This document shows positions 51,886-64,000 of a stretch of 64,000 nt of DNA, piece after piece (position 1 is the stretch's first letter; each line of letters starts with the position of its first letter). The position numbers were made by a program, and so were the translations under genes. The DNA is from Pristiophorus japonicus. Lineage: Eukaryota. The stretch is taken from contig NC_091980.1 in the NCBI RefSeq assembly GCF_044704955.1, positions 129,766,001 to 129,830,000 on the forward strand, in the 5' to 3' direction. Below the pieces are notes generated by a model. It saw only the letters and a list, made by a program, of their open reading frames with translations, did not search any database and was not told the DNA's origin.

Positions 51886-53838
51886 TGTATTTTAGGTGTG
51901 TCCTCACCAATCCCTGTATAATTGTAGCAAGACTTCTTTACTCAACATTTGTTACAAAGGAATTAGATTTCAACATACCATTTGCTTTCCTAATTGTTTG
52001 GTGGATAAATGGAGTTAAGCTGCAAATCTAACCAAATTGAATGGTGGAACAGGTTTGAGGGGCTTAATGGCCTACTCCTGTTCCTAATGCTCTTGACCTC
52101 CTCGCTTTAGGTACCAGTTTTTGCACTTCTGTCTTTTCTCAAACTCCCTTTTGATTTTATTGGTGGTAAAGCCTTCAGCCATGTTTCCCCCAATTTGGTG
52201 GAACTCTCCCTCAACCCCTCTGCTTCCCCTGACCTCAAACTCTGAGGGGTGGTAATGGTTGTCTGCTGGAATGCCTTGATATTTAGTGATGTAGGTGCAA
52301 AATGAATGCTGCTTAGTTTTGGTTCCACAGGATGAATGTAGCCAGTAACACTTGGGCCAGATGTACTATGTGAATTATGCACTGTGACTAAATCGCTACT
52401 TTACTTTACTTCTAGTTCCAGTAGTGCCCCTTGGCTAGCCTGTACACAATAGATTGGTTTCAATAAACCATGATTGCAGTGGTACTGTTAATAATCTTTC
52501 ACTAATTTCTAAACCTATAATTGCATATAGGGTTCAAGATTAAGGATATGGTTTTGAGCTTGTTCTAACAAAGCTGAATTGATAACCATGGGATACTACA
52601 GCACTGAAGGAGGCCATTTGGCCCATCATGCCTGTGCTGACTGTTGGTTGGAGCTATCCAACTCGTCTCGCTCCCCTGCTTGATCTCATAGCCCTGCAGA
52701 TTTGTCCGTATTAAGTCTTTGTTTTAAATATTGCCATTTAATTTACTTCCACCATCCTTTCAAGCTGCCCATGCATTTAAAAAAAAAAAAAAAAAAGGTT
52801 ACCTCTGGTCCTCATCCTTTCGCCAATCACTTTTGATTTTCCATTAGCCAGTTTCCCTATTGCTAGGGGATTATTCATTCCACCACATTAGTGGAGTCGG
52901 TAGGCTGGTGCTAGCTTGTGTAATATTGTACATGGAAATTCAGGGAGACTTTGAATTATTTGAAGGAAGCAAAATTGAGTTTGGCTTTATGTACAATAGT
53001 GACAATAATAGATCTGCCATGTGATACCCAACCAATTTTCTGATCTCTCCGCAGTCCTTCTACTTTGATCAGGATGATGATGCCCTGCGTCACTTTGCTG
53101 AGTTCTTCAAGGAGCAGTCACATGAGGAACGTGAGCATGCTGAGAAACTGATGGAATTCCAGAATCGGTGTGGTGGCTGAATCATCTTGGTGGATGTCAA
53201 GGTTTGGCTCAATAAATGAGGTGCCTTCTGTCTGGCTCCCCTTAGTCTGATTGCTCCCAATACATTCTAAAGCAGTTGGTTCCAATTTACAGCACAGAAA
53301 CCAGCCATTCAGACAAACTGGTCTCTGCCAGTGATCAGGCTCCAAACATCTGCTCCCACCTTGCTTTATCTAGCAACAGATCCTTCTATTTCTTTTTACC
53401 TCATGTACTTATTTAGTTTCCCCTTAAAACCATCTGCTATTCACCTTCAATTTGACTCCAGTGGTTGATGGCTTAATGCAGTAATTCTATATTCTAACAC
53501 ATTGGTTCATGGTATCCTAGACTTCTGATATATATTTTCATCCCTAATTTCCTTCAATATTTGTGTTTTGTTTAATCCATTGTCAAGGAACTGACTTTCT
53601 TCAGAAAGCAGAGCAGGATGAGTGGAGCAATGGTTTGGAGGTGATGCAGAGAGCTCTGCAGATGGAGAAGAATGTGAACCAGAGTCTGCTGGATCGGCAC
53701 AAACTCTCCACTGGGAGTACTGACCCTCATGTAAGTACCTCATGTAGGTTTCTGGATAAGTTGGAGGTAGTGGAACCTTGCTATCCTTGAGCCGTTTCAA
53801 AAGATCTCTGCCCAAGAGCTTTATGTTGGGGTGGGTTT

Positions 53839-54068
53839 TGTCATGTATGTAACAACACTGCAATACTGAATATATGTAAAATGCGCACCTTGACCACAGT
53901 GGGTGAACTTGTCGGAGACATTCCTCACCTGGTCATCCAGGTATATAAAGGGAGGTCCCATGCAGAGTCATCACTACTTGTTCCTGTGATTAAAGGTTCA
54001 GGTCATGGAGTGGCCTTGTCCATATAATGTGCCTCGTGTGGATTTGTGGTATTGTGTAAGGATTTTCA
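53839..54068 (+). mobile_element. Solo LTR in g5 intron 3
   Basis: TGTCATG...TTTTCA flanked by GGGTTT direct repeats; internal gtatataaag and attaaa; absent from other copies. Confidence 0.75.
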
Positions 54069-54318
54069 GGGTTTTTCTGTGGGGGGGTGAGTGGGGTCGG
54101 AAAGGACAGGAGGTCGGTCTATTGTGGACATTGACTAGTACATGTGTCCCAGCAACTATTGTGCACAAGTTTAATCTAAATGATCCAGTAATTCCATTGA
54201 TTTCAATTGCACCACTTAACTCCTCCAGTTCAAGATGATTAACATCCAAACTCCTGAGGGGTAAGCTCCAATATTCCTTGATATCTGCTCTGTCTTAACT
54301 AGTTTCCCTTTTTCTTAG

Positions 54319-54456
<138 letters not shown>

Positions 54457-55401
54457 TGAGGAGAAAGTGACTGAAGCTTCTGTTCAGTACTCATGTTTAT
54501 ATAATTGTGTGTGAGACTCTGTCCTGTAGAGAATGTCAGCTTGTGTCTTTGTACAGGCTGTGATACCTGGGTTCTTGATGTGAAATGTAATTAACTGTAT
54601 AAAATGTTCAATAGTGCACTGGGTTGTCTTCTTGTAAATTTGAGTGGTTGCTTATCATGTAAACCAGATGTTAATATCAGTGAAGAATTACACTGGGCTG
54701 TGTAACAGCTTTTTTTTCTTCCTTTCCTTTTAGGTGTAAATCTAATTGATTGACCTAGGTATGTAGGGTTGCATGTTGAAGACCTAATTTCAATTCTGTT
54801 TATACTTTTTTGGGAGCAATTTGTCTTCATGCATTTCAATGATTATGTTGCAACCAGAGGTGAAGTGAGATGCTGTAATACTATCTTGCTGATTATATTA
54901 ACATTGTAAAATGTCTGAAGGCATTTTGCAAGAGTGTCACTAAATAAAATTTGAGTGATACAGGAATGATGACCAAACTTATGGTCAAACATGAAGGTTT
55001 TAAGGGAGTATCTTAGAGGAGGAATGAGGGAAGAGAATTTTAGGGGTGTGACATCTGGAGCTTGGGCCAAAGTAACTGTTTCCACTGGTAATAAGTAGTC
55101 TTGCTGCTATTTGCAGCAATGGTAACTCACTTTTACCTCCTCAATACAACAAACTCTCAATTGCTGTAATTTTGTTAAAACACAAGGAGAGTTTGCCAAT
55201 GAACTAGAGTAGAACTATTTCATTTCTAGGAACAATCCAAGTTGTTCCAGTGGGACACACTGCAGGTCTTTCACGGAACCAAACTCCATATTGTTGCTGC
55301 TGACTTGCTGGTCGGGTTTGTGGATACAGTAGCACAGAATGACTTTGGTGAGAGACCAGCAATGTCTGAGCGCATTGGGGGAGCTCCCTGAATTTATGGT
55401 A

Positions 55402-56519
55402 TGGAAGTGGTTGGTGGTCTCAAATCAACACCTCCCACATCAGTTTGAGACCCGGGAATTATAGCAGTGAACAGAATACTCAGTTAGAGACAGATCTTTT
55501 GGTCTCAACTGTCACAATGCTTTTATTCAAATTAAATCTCACACATGCTTCTTGTAAAACACACCCTGCTAGCATAAAACAAACACAGCACAACAACACT
55601 ACGTGCGCGCCCCCCCCCCACCGTCCCAAATCGCAAAGTAACCACAACTAATAGTCGTGCTTGGACCAATAGCATACCACTGAATCTGTGCAACAGACTG
55701 TGTGTATGCCTATGATCCACGTAGAACCTTCCCTACTAAACTTCTGAGGCTTGGTTGGATCACACGACACCCCTCCACACTATGCGGTGGTCTAAACAAT
55801 GTGTGGGCTGGGATAATGCTCATCCGTTACCCCTTTGCTTTACTGCTTCTCCAGACGAGGTATATCTTCTGGTTCCGTATCAAGCTGTGGTTTCCAAGTC
55901 ATAATTGAAATAGCGAGGTGCTTTTTTTTCGTAGATGGTTTCTTTCCGTCCCAGATGGAGTGCTCGGTCCTTGAATGCATTGAATGAGGCAAGCAAGTGT
56001 AGAAGAGAGAGAGAGATGGCAGCAAACTGACACTTCTTATACCTGAACAATGCTTGCTGAATCCTCGTGCCAAAAACCAGTCCTTTGCCTGAGGCAGTCC
56101 AACTAAACAGCATAAATCACATCTCTGGCCTGTACCTTTGTTACTGGGCTCCTCCTGGGGATAAAGGCTCCAACGAGTCTGGCTGGCCAATAGCTTCCTT
56201 TGTCCTGAGGTTCCTGTGTTCAGGGCTATCTCATTCCAGTTTGATGGCTTGAGCACTGATCAGTTTATCTGATGTCTCACTGATGGAGGGCCCCTTTGTC
56301 ATGTAATGGGAACCTATTAGCCATCTACCTGCGAAGAGGTTCCTGTTTTCAGCCATTGACTATCCCCACGCACCTGATGTGTATTCCTGTAGAACACGTC
56401 TGGGCCTGTCCCAGTCATGCTGTCAGCTCTTCTGCAGTAAATGAAATATGGAAAAGCAATGTCCAAACTTAAAGTCCAAAATCCTGAAGTTTGTGTCGAT
56501 GTTTGCGCTGATGCTTACA
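55402..56519. mobile_element. Solo LTR (~1.1 kb)
   Basis: TG(G/T)AAG...CTTACA termini, GTA-containing flanks; the empty site cccagggtactaaagg is present after g2. Confidence 0.65.
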
Positions 56520-57214
56520 GTACTAAAGGCAATACAATTGGGTGATTGGGAAATGCAGCTGAAATGCCATATTTACTTACAAGCCACTGGCCACTTGGGG
56601 CAGAAAGTGTGAATTCCTTTTGGGGAGAGGATTGAACTTGGTTCTTAGCATTTTTTCTGTGTTTGTCTCTCTCTTGATTGAATAACCTGTCTACCTCGCT
56701 CTTACATGAATAAGAAGTTGTACAAGGCATTAAAGGGAGAGGTAATTATGAACTGTACTCGAATAAAATGTAATCCTTCTGGAAGGAGTAAATGTAATCC
56801 TTCTGGAAGGAGTAAATGTATTAATTAAACACACAAAGCAGTTAACTTAAAACACCAAGCAAGAACAATAGATATTTCTCCTGCCCGCGGACTCTTCAAC
56901 ACTTTCTGTTCCAGCAATTAATAAACCCAATACAGCTCCTCCATAAACATATCCAGTTGTGCATTTCATACCAAATAACAATCATCCTCTCCAAATTCTG
57001 TTGGATCCCCATGTGTCTCCTTCACCACAGGAATGGATTCAAATGTTGACACTACAACTGTATTTATCCATGTCATGTTTTTGCACCTAAAATTTCATCG
57101 AACAACCATCTGCCTAGCCAACTGACTTATCTGTGTCCAAAAGTTCCTTACAGCCTTCCTCACAGTTAATCTATCTGATCCAATATCCTTTCCATCACAA
57201 AGACCACGTACTTC

Positions 57215-60200
57215 TGTTATGTATGGAGAAAGAGTCAGACTGAACACTGAGCTCAAAGTAAAGTGTGACCTTTGTCTTTTATTGCAGGTCTCCAGAGTGC
57301 TTCTCCAACTGTGAGGCCTCCTTAAATACCTGTGCTCCCAAGGGATTGTGGAATCCCTTGGGACTCCAGGGGATGAGCCCTCTGGTGGTTGTACAGAGTA
57401 TAGACAAGTTTACATATATAACAACACCCCCCTAAAGTTAACAGTGTAACTAGAAGGTGAGTCGATCTGGGACCCTTCTTGCCCTGGTTGATCGTCTCGG
57501 TGTGAATGCCGGTATTAGCGAATCATCTATTGGGCCCTCGCTGGACTGCTCTGCCGCTGGCCTTGCTGGGCTGCCTGGTGTGGTGGGTCCTGCTTGCCTT
57601 CTGTGGATGATGGGTTCTGCTTCGTGGCCAACCGTGGTGCCAGTTGCCACTGTTGTGTATGTTGGGGGGTCAAAAAAGGTAGGGTCCAATGTGGGTTGCT
57701 CAGGTTAGTCCGTGAATCTGAGTTTGATTTGGTCCAAGTGTTTCCGGTGAAGGAGTCAATTTGAAAGTTTGACCGGCAACACCCTGCTCCCCTCTTTGAC
57801 CATGACAGTGCCGGGAAGCCACTTGGGACCTTGTCCATAATTCAATACAAATACAGGATCATTGATTTCAATCTCGCATGACACATTTGCACTATCATAC
57901 TTTATTGAAGCCGCCTGCTCTCTATCTGTTCATGTAGATCAGGGTGAACTAACGAGAGCCTTGTCTTAAGTGCTCTTTTCATGAGCAGTTCAGCAGGTGG
58001 GATCCCAGTGAGCGAGTGGGGTATCGCGCGGTAGCTAAGTAGGACTCAGGAGAGGCGAGTCTGCAGTGAGCTTTCCGTTACCCTCTTCAAGCCCTGCTTG
58101 ATGGTTTGCACTGCTCTCTCTGCCTGATCATTGGATGCTGGTTTAAACGGGGCAGATGTGACATGTTTGATCCCGTTACAGGTCATGAATTCTTTCAACT
58201 CAGCACTGGCAAAACATGGCCTGTTGTCGCTCACCAGGACATGGGGTAGGCCGTGTGTGGCAAACATGGCCTGCAGGCTTTCAGTAGTGGCAGCGGACAT
58301 ACTCGCCGACATTATATCACATTCAATCCACTTGGAGTACACACTCCAACCACAAAGAACATTTTACCCAAGAACGTGTACCCTAGACCACAGATTGGAG
58401 GGCCAAGACTATGAACTTAGCAGCGCCTCACTGGGTGCATTGCTTAACTGTGAGCATGTATTACATCTGTGCATGCAGGACTCTAAGTCCACATCGATAC
58501 CGGGCCACCACACATAGGATCTGGCTATCGCTTTCATCATTACGATGCCTGGGTGGGTACTGTGTAGGTCACTAATGAAGGTGTCTCTGCCCTTCCTGGG
58601 AACCACTACTCGACTGCCCCACAGAAGGCAGCCTGCCTGTATAGACATTTCATCTTTGCGCCACTGGAACGGCTTTATCTCTTCCTGCATTTCCACTGGG
58701 ACATTGGACCAGCTCCAGTGAAGCACACAGTTTTTCATGAGGGATAATAACAATGTGCTGAGACCCGGTAGGAAGTTACCAAAATAGTTCAGGAGTCCTA
58801 GAAATGACTGCAGCTCTGTCACGTTCTGTGGCCTCGATGCGTTCTCGATTGCCTCCACCTTCGAATTGGTGGGCCTGATGCCGTCCGCCGCGACCTTCCT
58901 CCCCAGGAACTCCACTTCAGGCACCAGGAAAACACACTTCGAACATTTTAACTTGAGCCCCACGCAGTTGAGTCCACTAAGAACCTCCTCCAGGTTCTGA
59001 AGATGCTCAACTGTATCCCGACCTGTAACCAAGATGTCGTCCTGGAAGACCACAGTGCGCGGGACCGACTTCAGTAAGCTTTCCATGTTTCTCTGGAATA
59101 TCGCCGCTGCTGATCAAATTCCAAGCGGGCATCTGTTATCAATGAAAAGACCTTTGTGCGTGTGGATGCAGATGAGGCCCTTCAATGATTCCTCCAGTTC
59201 CTGCATCACGTAGGCTGAAGTCAAATCCAGCTTCGTGAATGTCTTTCCTCCCGCCATCGTTGGAAAGAGGTCGCTGGCCTGTGGTAGCGGGTATTGGTCC
59301 TGCAGGGAGAAACGATTGATAGTTACTTTGTAATCACCACAGATTCTGATGGTGCCATCTCCCTTGAGGACTGGGACAATAGTACTGGCCCACTCATTGA
59401 ACTCGATAGGTGAAATGATGCCTTCTCTTTGCAGCCGGTCTAGCTCGATCTCTATCCTTTCTCTCACCATGTACGATACTGCTCTCGCCTTCTGATGGAT
59501 GGATCTGCACTTTTGCTCCTTGGAATTTCCCGATGCCTGGTTCGAACAGCGAAGGGAACTTGTTTAAGACCTGGGCACACGAAGTGTTGTCAGCGGCCGA
59601 TAGGGCTCGGACGTCGTTCCACTTCCAGCATATCTTTCCCAGCTAGTTCCTGCCGAGTAGCGTGGGACCATTGCCCGGTACCACCCAGAGTGATAGCTTG
59701 TGCCACGCTCCATCGTAGGAGACCTTTACGGTAGCACTGCCGATTATGGGAATCAATTTCTTTGTATAAGTTCTTAATTTTGTGCGAATTGGAGTTAAGA
59801 CTAGCCTTGAGACCGTGCTGCACCACAATTTTTCCAAAGTCTTTTTGCGCATGATGGACTGGCTCGCGCCTGTGTCCAACTCCATTGACACCGGGAGTTC
59901 ATTTAGTTCAACATTCAGCATTATCGGGGGACACTTTGTGGTGAATGTGTGCACCCCATGTACCTCTGCCACCTTGGTCTGAGGCTCTAGTTCGTCATAA
60001 TCCTCCGTGGATCTGTCCTCCTCTGCATCATGGTGGTTTGCAGGATTAACAGGATTTACAGCTCGCCTGCACATACGTTGGAGGTGCCGCATTGTTCCAC
60101 AGCCCTTGCAACTGTACCCTTTGAATTGGCATGAATGAAAACAATGATCACCCCCACAGCGCCAACAAGGTGTTAATGGCCTTGCATTCATCACCCTTAA

Positions 60201-61072
60201 TGGTGGACTCTGAGACATCTGCGGACGTGCAGCTGCAGGCATGTGTGACCTGCCCTGTACGTTGTGATTTGAAAACAACATCACTTTTTTCACAGTACTT
60301 GTAGCAACACTTGTGTGCTGAGAGATTTGCTTCGTATTGTCACTGGTGGCAATGAATGCCTGGGCTCTCGCTATGGCTTTACTCAAGGTTGGGGCCTCTA
60401 CAGTCAAAAGTTTGCGAAGTATGGTTTCGTGGCCAATGCCAAGTACGAAAAAGCCTCTGAGCATGTGCTCCAAATGTCCTTCAAATTCACAAAGTCCTGC
60501 AAGGCATCTTAGCTCGGTGACATAATTCGCTGCTTCCTGGCCTTCAGAACTTTTGCAGGTGTAGAACCGTTACCTCGCCCTTTGGGTTCAAATGCTCCCG
60601 GACCAGTGTGCACAAATCATCGTACGATTTCTTCGTGGGTTTCGCTGGAGTAAGCAGATTTTCATGAGGCCATATTTTGGTGCCCCACAGACAGTGAGGA
60701 GAATTGCCCTTCGTTTGGCAGCGTTCTGTTCTCCATTCAGCTCATTGGTTACGAAGTATTGATCGAGTCACTCCACAAAGGTTTCCCAATCATTTCTCTC
60801 CGAGAATTACTCAAGGCTGCCCACTGATTTCTGCATCTTTGGGTTGGCTATCTGTATCTCGTTGCCAGTTGTTATGTATGGAGAAAGAGTGAGACTGAGC
60901 TCAAAGTAAAGTGTGAACTTAGTCTTTTATTGCAGGTCTCCAGATCGCCTCTCCAACTTGTGAGGCCTCCTTAAATACCTGCGCTCACAAGGGATTATGG
61001 AATCCCTTGGGACTCCAGGGGATGAGCCCTCTGGTGGCTATACAGAGTATATACAAATTTACATATATAACA
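57215..61072 (-). mobile_element. Gypsy/Ty3 retrotransposon with both LTRs (degenerate gag-pol)
   Basis: LTRs 57215-57423 and 60870-61072 (TGTTATG...ATAACA); PBS tggcaacgag and PPT-like G run on the minus strand; flanks ACTTC/ACTTT; gag CCHC (CWRCGGDH..C), protease MELDTGASQS, RT (FTKLDLTSAY, VFQDDILV), integrase (LVSDN..F, PASN.QAERAV). Inserted into an L2 fragment (57190-57214 + 61073-61250). Confidence 0.93.
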
Positions 61073-61944
61073 ACTTTCATCTCCATAATATTGCTCACTG
61101 CCTTCCCAGTCTATCTGCTGCCGAAACTCTCTTCCATGCCTTTGTCACCTTTAGTCTCGACTATTCCAAAGCTCTCCTGGCCAGCCTACCATCCTCAACT
61201 CTCCGTAAATATCCGCTCATTTAGAATTCTGCTGCATGTGTCCTATCTTAAGAGGACCAAGAGGTAAAATCAAATGAGAGGGTGGGGATGCTGGAAAAAA
61301 TTCAAAATTAAGATGAACAAAATGAAACTGGAAATCTGATGGACAAAAGGAAGAGAGCTGAAGAGAGAGAACAGCAAAGCAGGATTCTGAATGCAAGAGA
61401 GATGAACAAAATAGAGGTGGAGGAATTTGAAGGGACAAGAAAGCAAAAAGAGCTGGATATTTTGAAGGACAAAGTTAGAGAGAGATGCAGACCAGTGAAA
61501 GAATAACTGAGGGAGAGTCAAAATAAACAGAGCTACAGTATCTGAGAGTTGGAGATTGATAAATCAGAAAGATGATTTAGACAATATAATGAAGACCAAT
61601 TACAAAAGGAAAGGTTGGATAAAAGAGACAATATCAACAAAGTTACTTCCATGGAAAATTCGTTCTAAGCGGATAGATTTACAATTAATTCATCATATTT
61701 AGTATATTTTCATGACTGACGTTTAGTATGTGTGTTATGATTTAGTGTAATGTGAACTGAAATTATTCTGATTCTGTATTGCGGATGTAACATTTAGTCT
61801 AACTTTATTAGAGATGTTTATAACAAAAGTTAATTTGTTTCCAAAATATGCTCAGATTTGAGAGATGAATGAATGAATTTACATATGTGGCAAATGATCT
61901 TCAGGTTGCCACTGGATGTTAGCTTAATAAGGAAGCTTAAATAG

Positions 61945-62397
61945 TTTAGTTCTTGTGGCGGAGATGCGCTGAGAGATCGTGGCGGAAGTGTGGCGAATGT
62001 TTGACAGAGGAGCAGAGAATGTTTGTGGTGGAGGAGCGGCGAGAGATCGTGGCGTAGGTGCGGCAAATGTGGGTACGGTGCCCAGAAGAGCGGAAGACCC
62101 AAGGGCAGCAAGGGCCAGACCACACTGTGATATGTGTGCGCACTAGGTCCATGCAGCAGAGCAGGCCTCCAGGTCATCTTGGTTACCACTCGCCACAGGA
62201 TAAAGGCCTAGCTCGGTCAAGCCCGTGTGGTGGCTGATGTGCAATTCTAACCACGATAATAAAATCCACACACAGGCATCTTACACCCCTTCAATTGGAG
62301 TTCAGGACTAGAACATCGGGTCCTTCATTGAGAGATCTATGATCTCCTGTGAAAGCAAGTCATCCTTGTTCGAGGGACTGTCTATGATGCTGATGAT
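61945..62397 (+). mobile_element. Non-coding retroposon with an RTE-type 3' tail
   Basis: Ends gaaagcaagtcatccttgttcgagggactgtctatgatgctgatg, matching the RTE tails at 240-285 and 30550-30603; its 5' part is unlike the RTE ORF and carries gagagatcgtggcg repeats. Confidence 0.5.
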
Positions 62398-63774
62398 TTA
62401 TCCAATGTTTATAAATTAATTTGTTGAGAACTGCAGTGAGTGAAATGAAATTGCCATCTTCAGTCATTCCTCGTTAATATCTTTGCATCTCTCAAAGTTT
62501 CCAGTCACCTTATCCGATCTTTGCTATTGTATGAAACTTCATAAATTGCAAAGGAAGCTTCTCACCACCTTGGGCTTTCTGTGCCTATCACCAACCCTAC
62601 TCCCCACAGGGAGTGACACTGGATTCAAAGAGATCCTGTGCAAAGTATCAATCAAAGGTTCCCCCAGATTCTGTAACCACAGGCCTGAATCAAAGTCTCT
62701 GGTGCCTACCTGGGTGGCCATTGAGTGTGACCATGTGATGTCCATCAGTTTGCTCAAAGCCCTTTGTGACTGCATCATAGATCCTTCAACCAATACAAGT
62801 ATAAATACCCGATACATTTTCGGTTCAGGTGGTTCAACATTCTCTCTCTATCCACTCTATCAAAACTTTTCATAATTATAAGGACCAGTGGTATGATTGG
62901 TGGCTCTTGATCTGAATCACTGCCACCCCCTCTGACCCATCTAAAACAGAGTTTTAATCCAAGCGAACGCGTCTCATCAGCTAATCCAGGACTGAACCAC
63001 TTCTGCACTGAAACCAGACATCACGGCTTTGGATCTCAGAGAAACACCAACATGAAAGGCAAAGGACCAGAGAGGAGAGATGAGAATTGTTTTTACACAG
63101 CGAGTTGTTGTGATCTGGAACACACTGCCTGAAAGGGCCATGGAAGCAGATTCAACAGTAACTTTGAAAAGGGAATTGCATATATAGGAGAAAAGAAAAA
63201 CATTGCAGGGCTATGGGGAAGGAGCTGAGGAGTGGGACTAATTGGATCACTCTTTCAAAGAGCCTGCAAAGGCACAATGGGCTGAATGGCCTCCTTCTGT
63301 GCTGTATGAATCTATAATGAGGCACAGTTACAGAACAACTGAAGAGGGTGTAAAAAAGATTTACAAGGATGATACCAGAAATGTGAGGGTATACCTATCA
63401 GGAAAGGATGAACAGGCTGAAGTTGGCCTAATAAAGGTCCTTACAATTATGAAAGCTTTGAAAGAGAGAATGTTTCCACTTGTGGGGTAGAGCAAAACTA
63501 GAGGCCATCAATATAAGATAGTCACCAAGAAATCCAATGGGGAATTCAGGAGAAATTTATTTACGCAGAGAGTGGTGAGATTATGGAACTCACTACCACA
63601 GGGAGTGGTTTAGGTGAATAGTAGGGAAGCATTTAAAGGGAGGCTAGACAAGCATAAGAGGGAGAAGGGAATAGAGGCTTTTGCTGATAGATTTGGACAA
63701 TGAAAGACGGGAGGCTCGAGTGGAGCACAAACACCGGCATGGGCTGGTTGGGTTGAATGGCCTGTTTTCCAAAG

Positions 63775-63994
63775 CTCTGATTGGCTCTGGGCCTCAACCT
63801 CCAGCCCCTAAACCCCCTCTCCTTTGTTAATTGGTGCTTGGATTCAAGGGAGATTCCTGATTGGCTATCAGGGATTGTCAATCATCATTGGTGATGTCAT
63901 TCCGTGTGTGAATGCAGGCTGCCCCAGTAGTATAAATACAGGTGCATGTGAGAGAAAGGATTAGTTCTTGAATTGTGCAGTAATATAGATAGTC
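63775..63994 (+). promoter_or_regulatory. Type-B promoter of a sixth ferritin copy (g6)
   Basis: ATTGG at 63780, 63830, 63860, 63887; TGATGTCA; TATAAATA 63931-63938; aligns with the g3/g4 promoters. Confidence 0.75.
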
Positions 63995-64000
63995 ATGATG
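63995..64000 (+). CDS. Probable start (ATG ATG) of ferritin copy g6, cut by the window edge
   Basis: tatagatagtcATGATG matches g4 tatagatagtgATGATGgcctcc; the coding status of g6 cannot be seen. Confidence 0.6.

Noticed and set aside
53178-53180. TGA in g5 as selenocysteine or readthrough
   Set aside because: It is a CGA>TGA CpG transition at a conserved Arg; the copy has a second stop, radical substitutions and a decayed poly(A) signal.
56765-56820. Direct repeat of taaatgtaatccttctggaaggag
   Set aside because: A simple local 24-bp tandem duplication; single copy in the paralogous spacer near 14880.

Overview
Vertebrate genomic DNA, most likely a cartilaginous fish (inferred from the CR1/RTE/L2/Deu-SINE/Penelope/Gypsy repeat landscape). 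The window is part of a head-to-tail tandem array of 4-exon ferritin heavy/middle-type genes on the + strand. Five complete gene models can be read by hand: g1 1547-5833 and g4 22761-27300 are intact (176 aa, ferroxidase ligands retained); g2 9929-13421, g3 16908-19437 and g5 49205-54474 are disabled. The promoter and ATG of a sixth copy sit at the window end. The copies use two promoter/5'UTR types (A: g1,g2,g5; B: g3,g4,g6), and none has an intact iron-responsive element; g2 and g5 carry a recognisable IRE relic with a destroyed loop. Intergenic DNA is densely nested transposons. Main oddities: a poly(A)/TSD-flanked retroposon built from permuted U2 snRNA segments (14356-14583); a pol-less gag+env LTR element with a fusion-protein-like env (38825-42960); exon-restricted homogenisation and chimeric repeat units; a 20-nt piece of ferritin exon 2 inside a CR1 remnant; and an apparent deleted ('ghost') gene slot at 36.2-46.0 kb. 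All comparisons were made by eye; repeat boundaries without a stated TSD are approximate.
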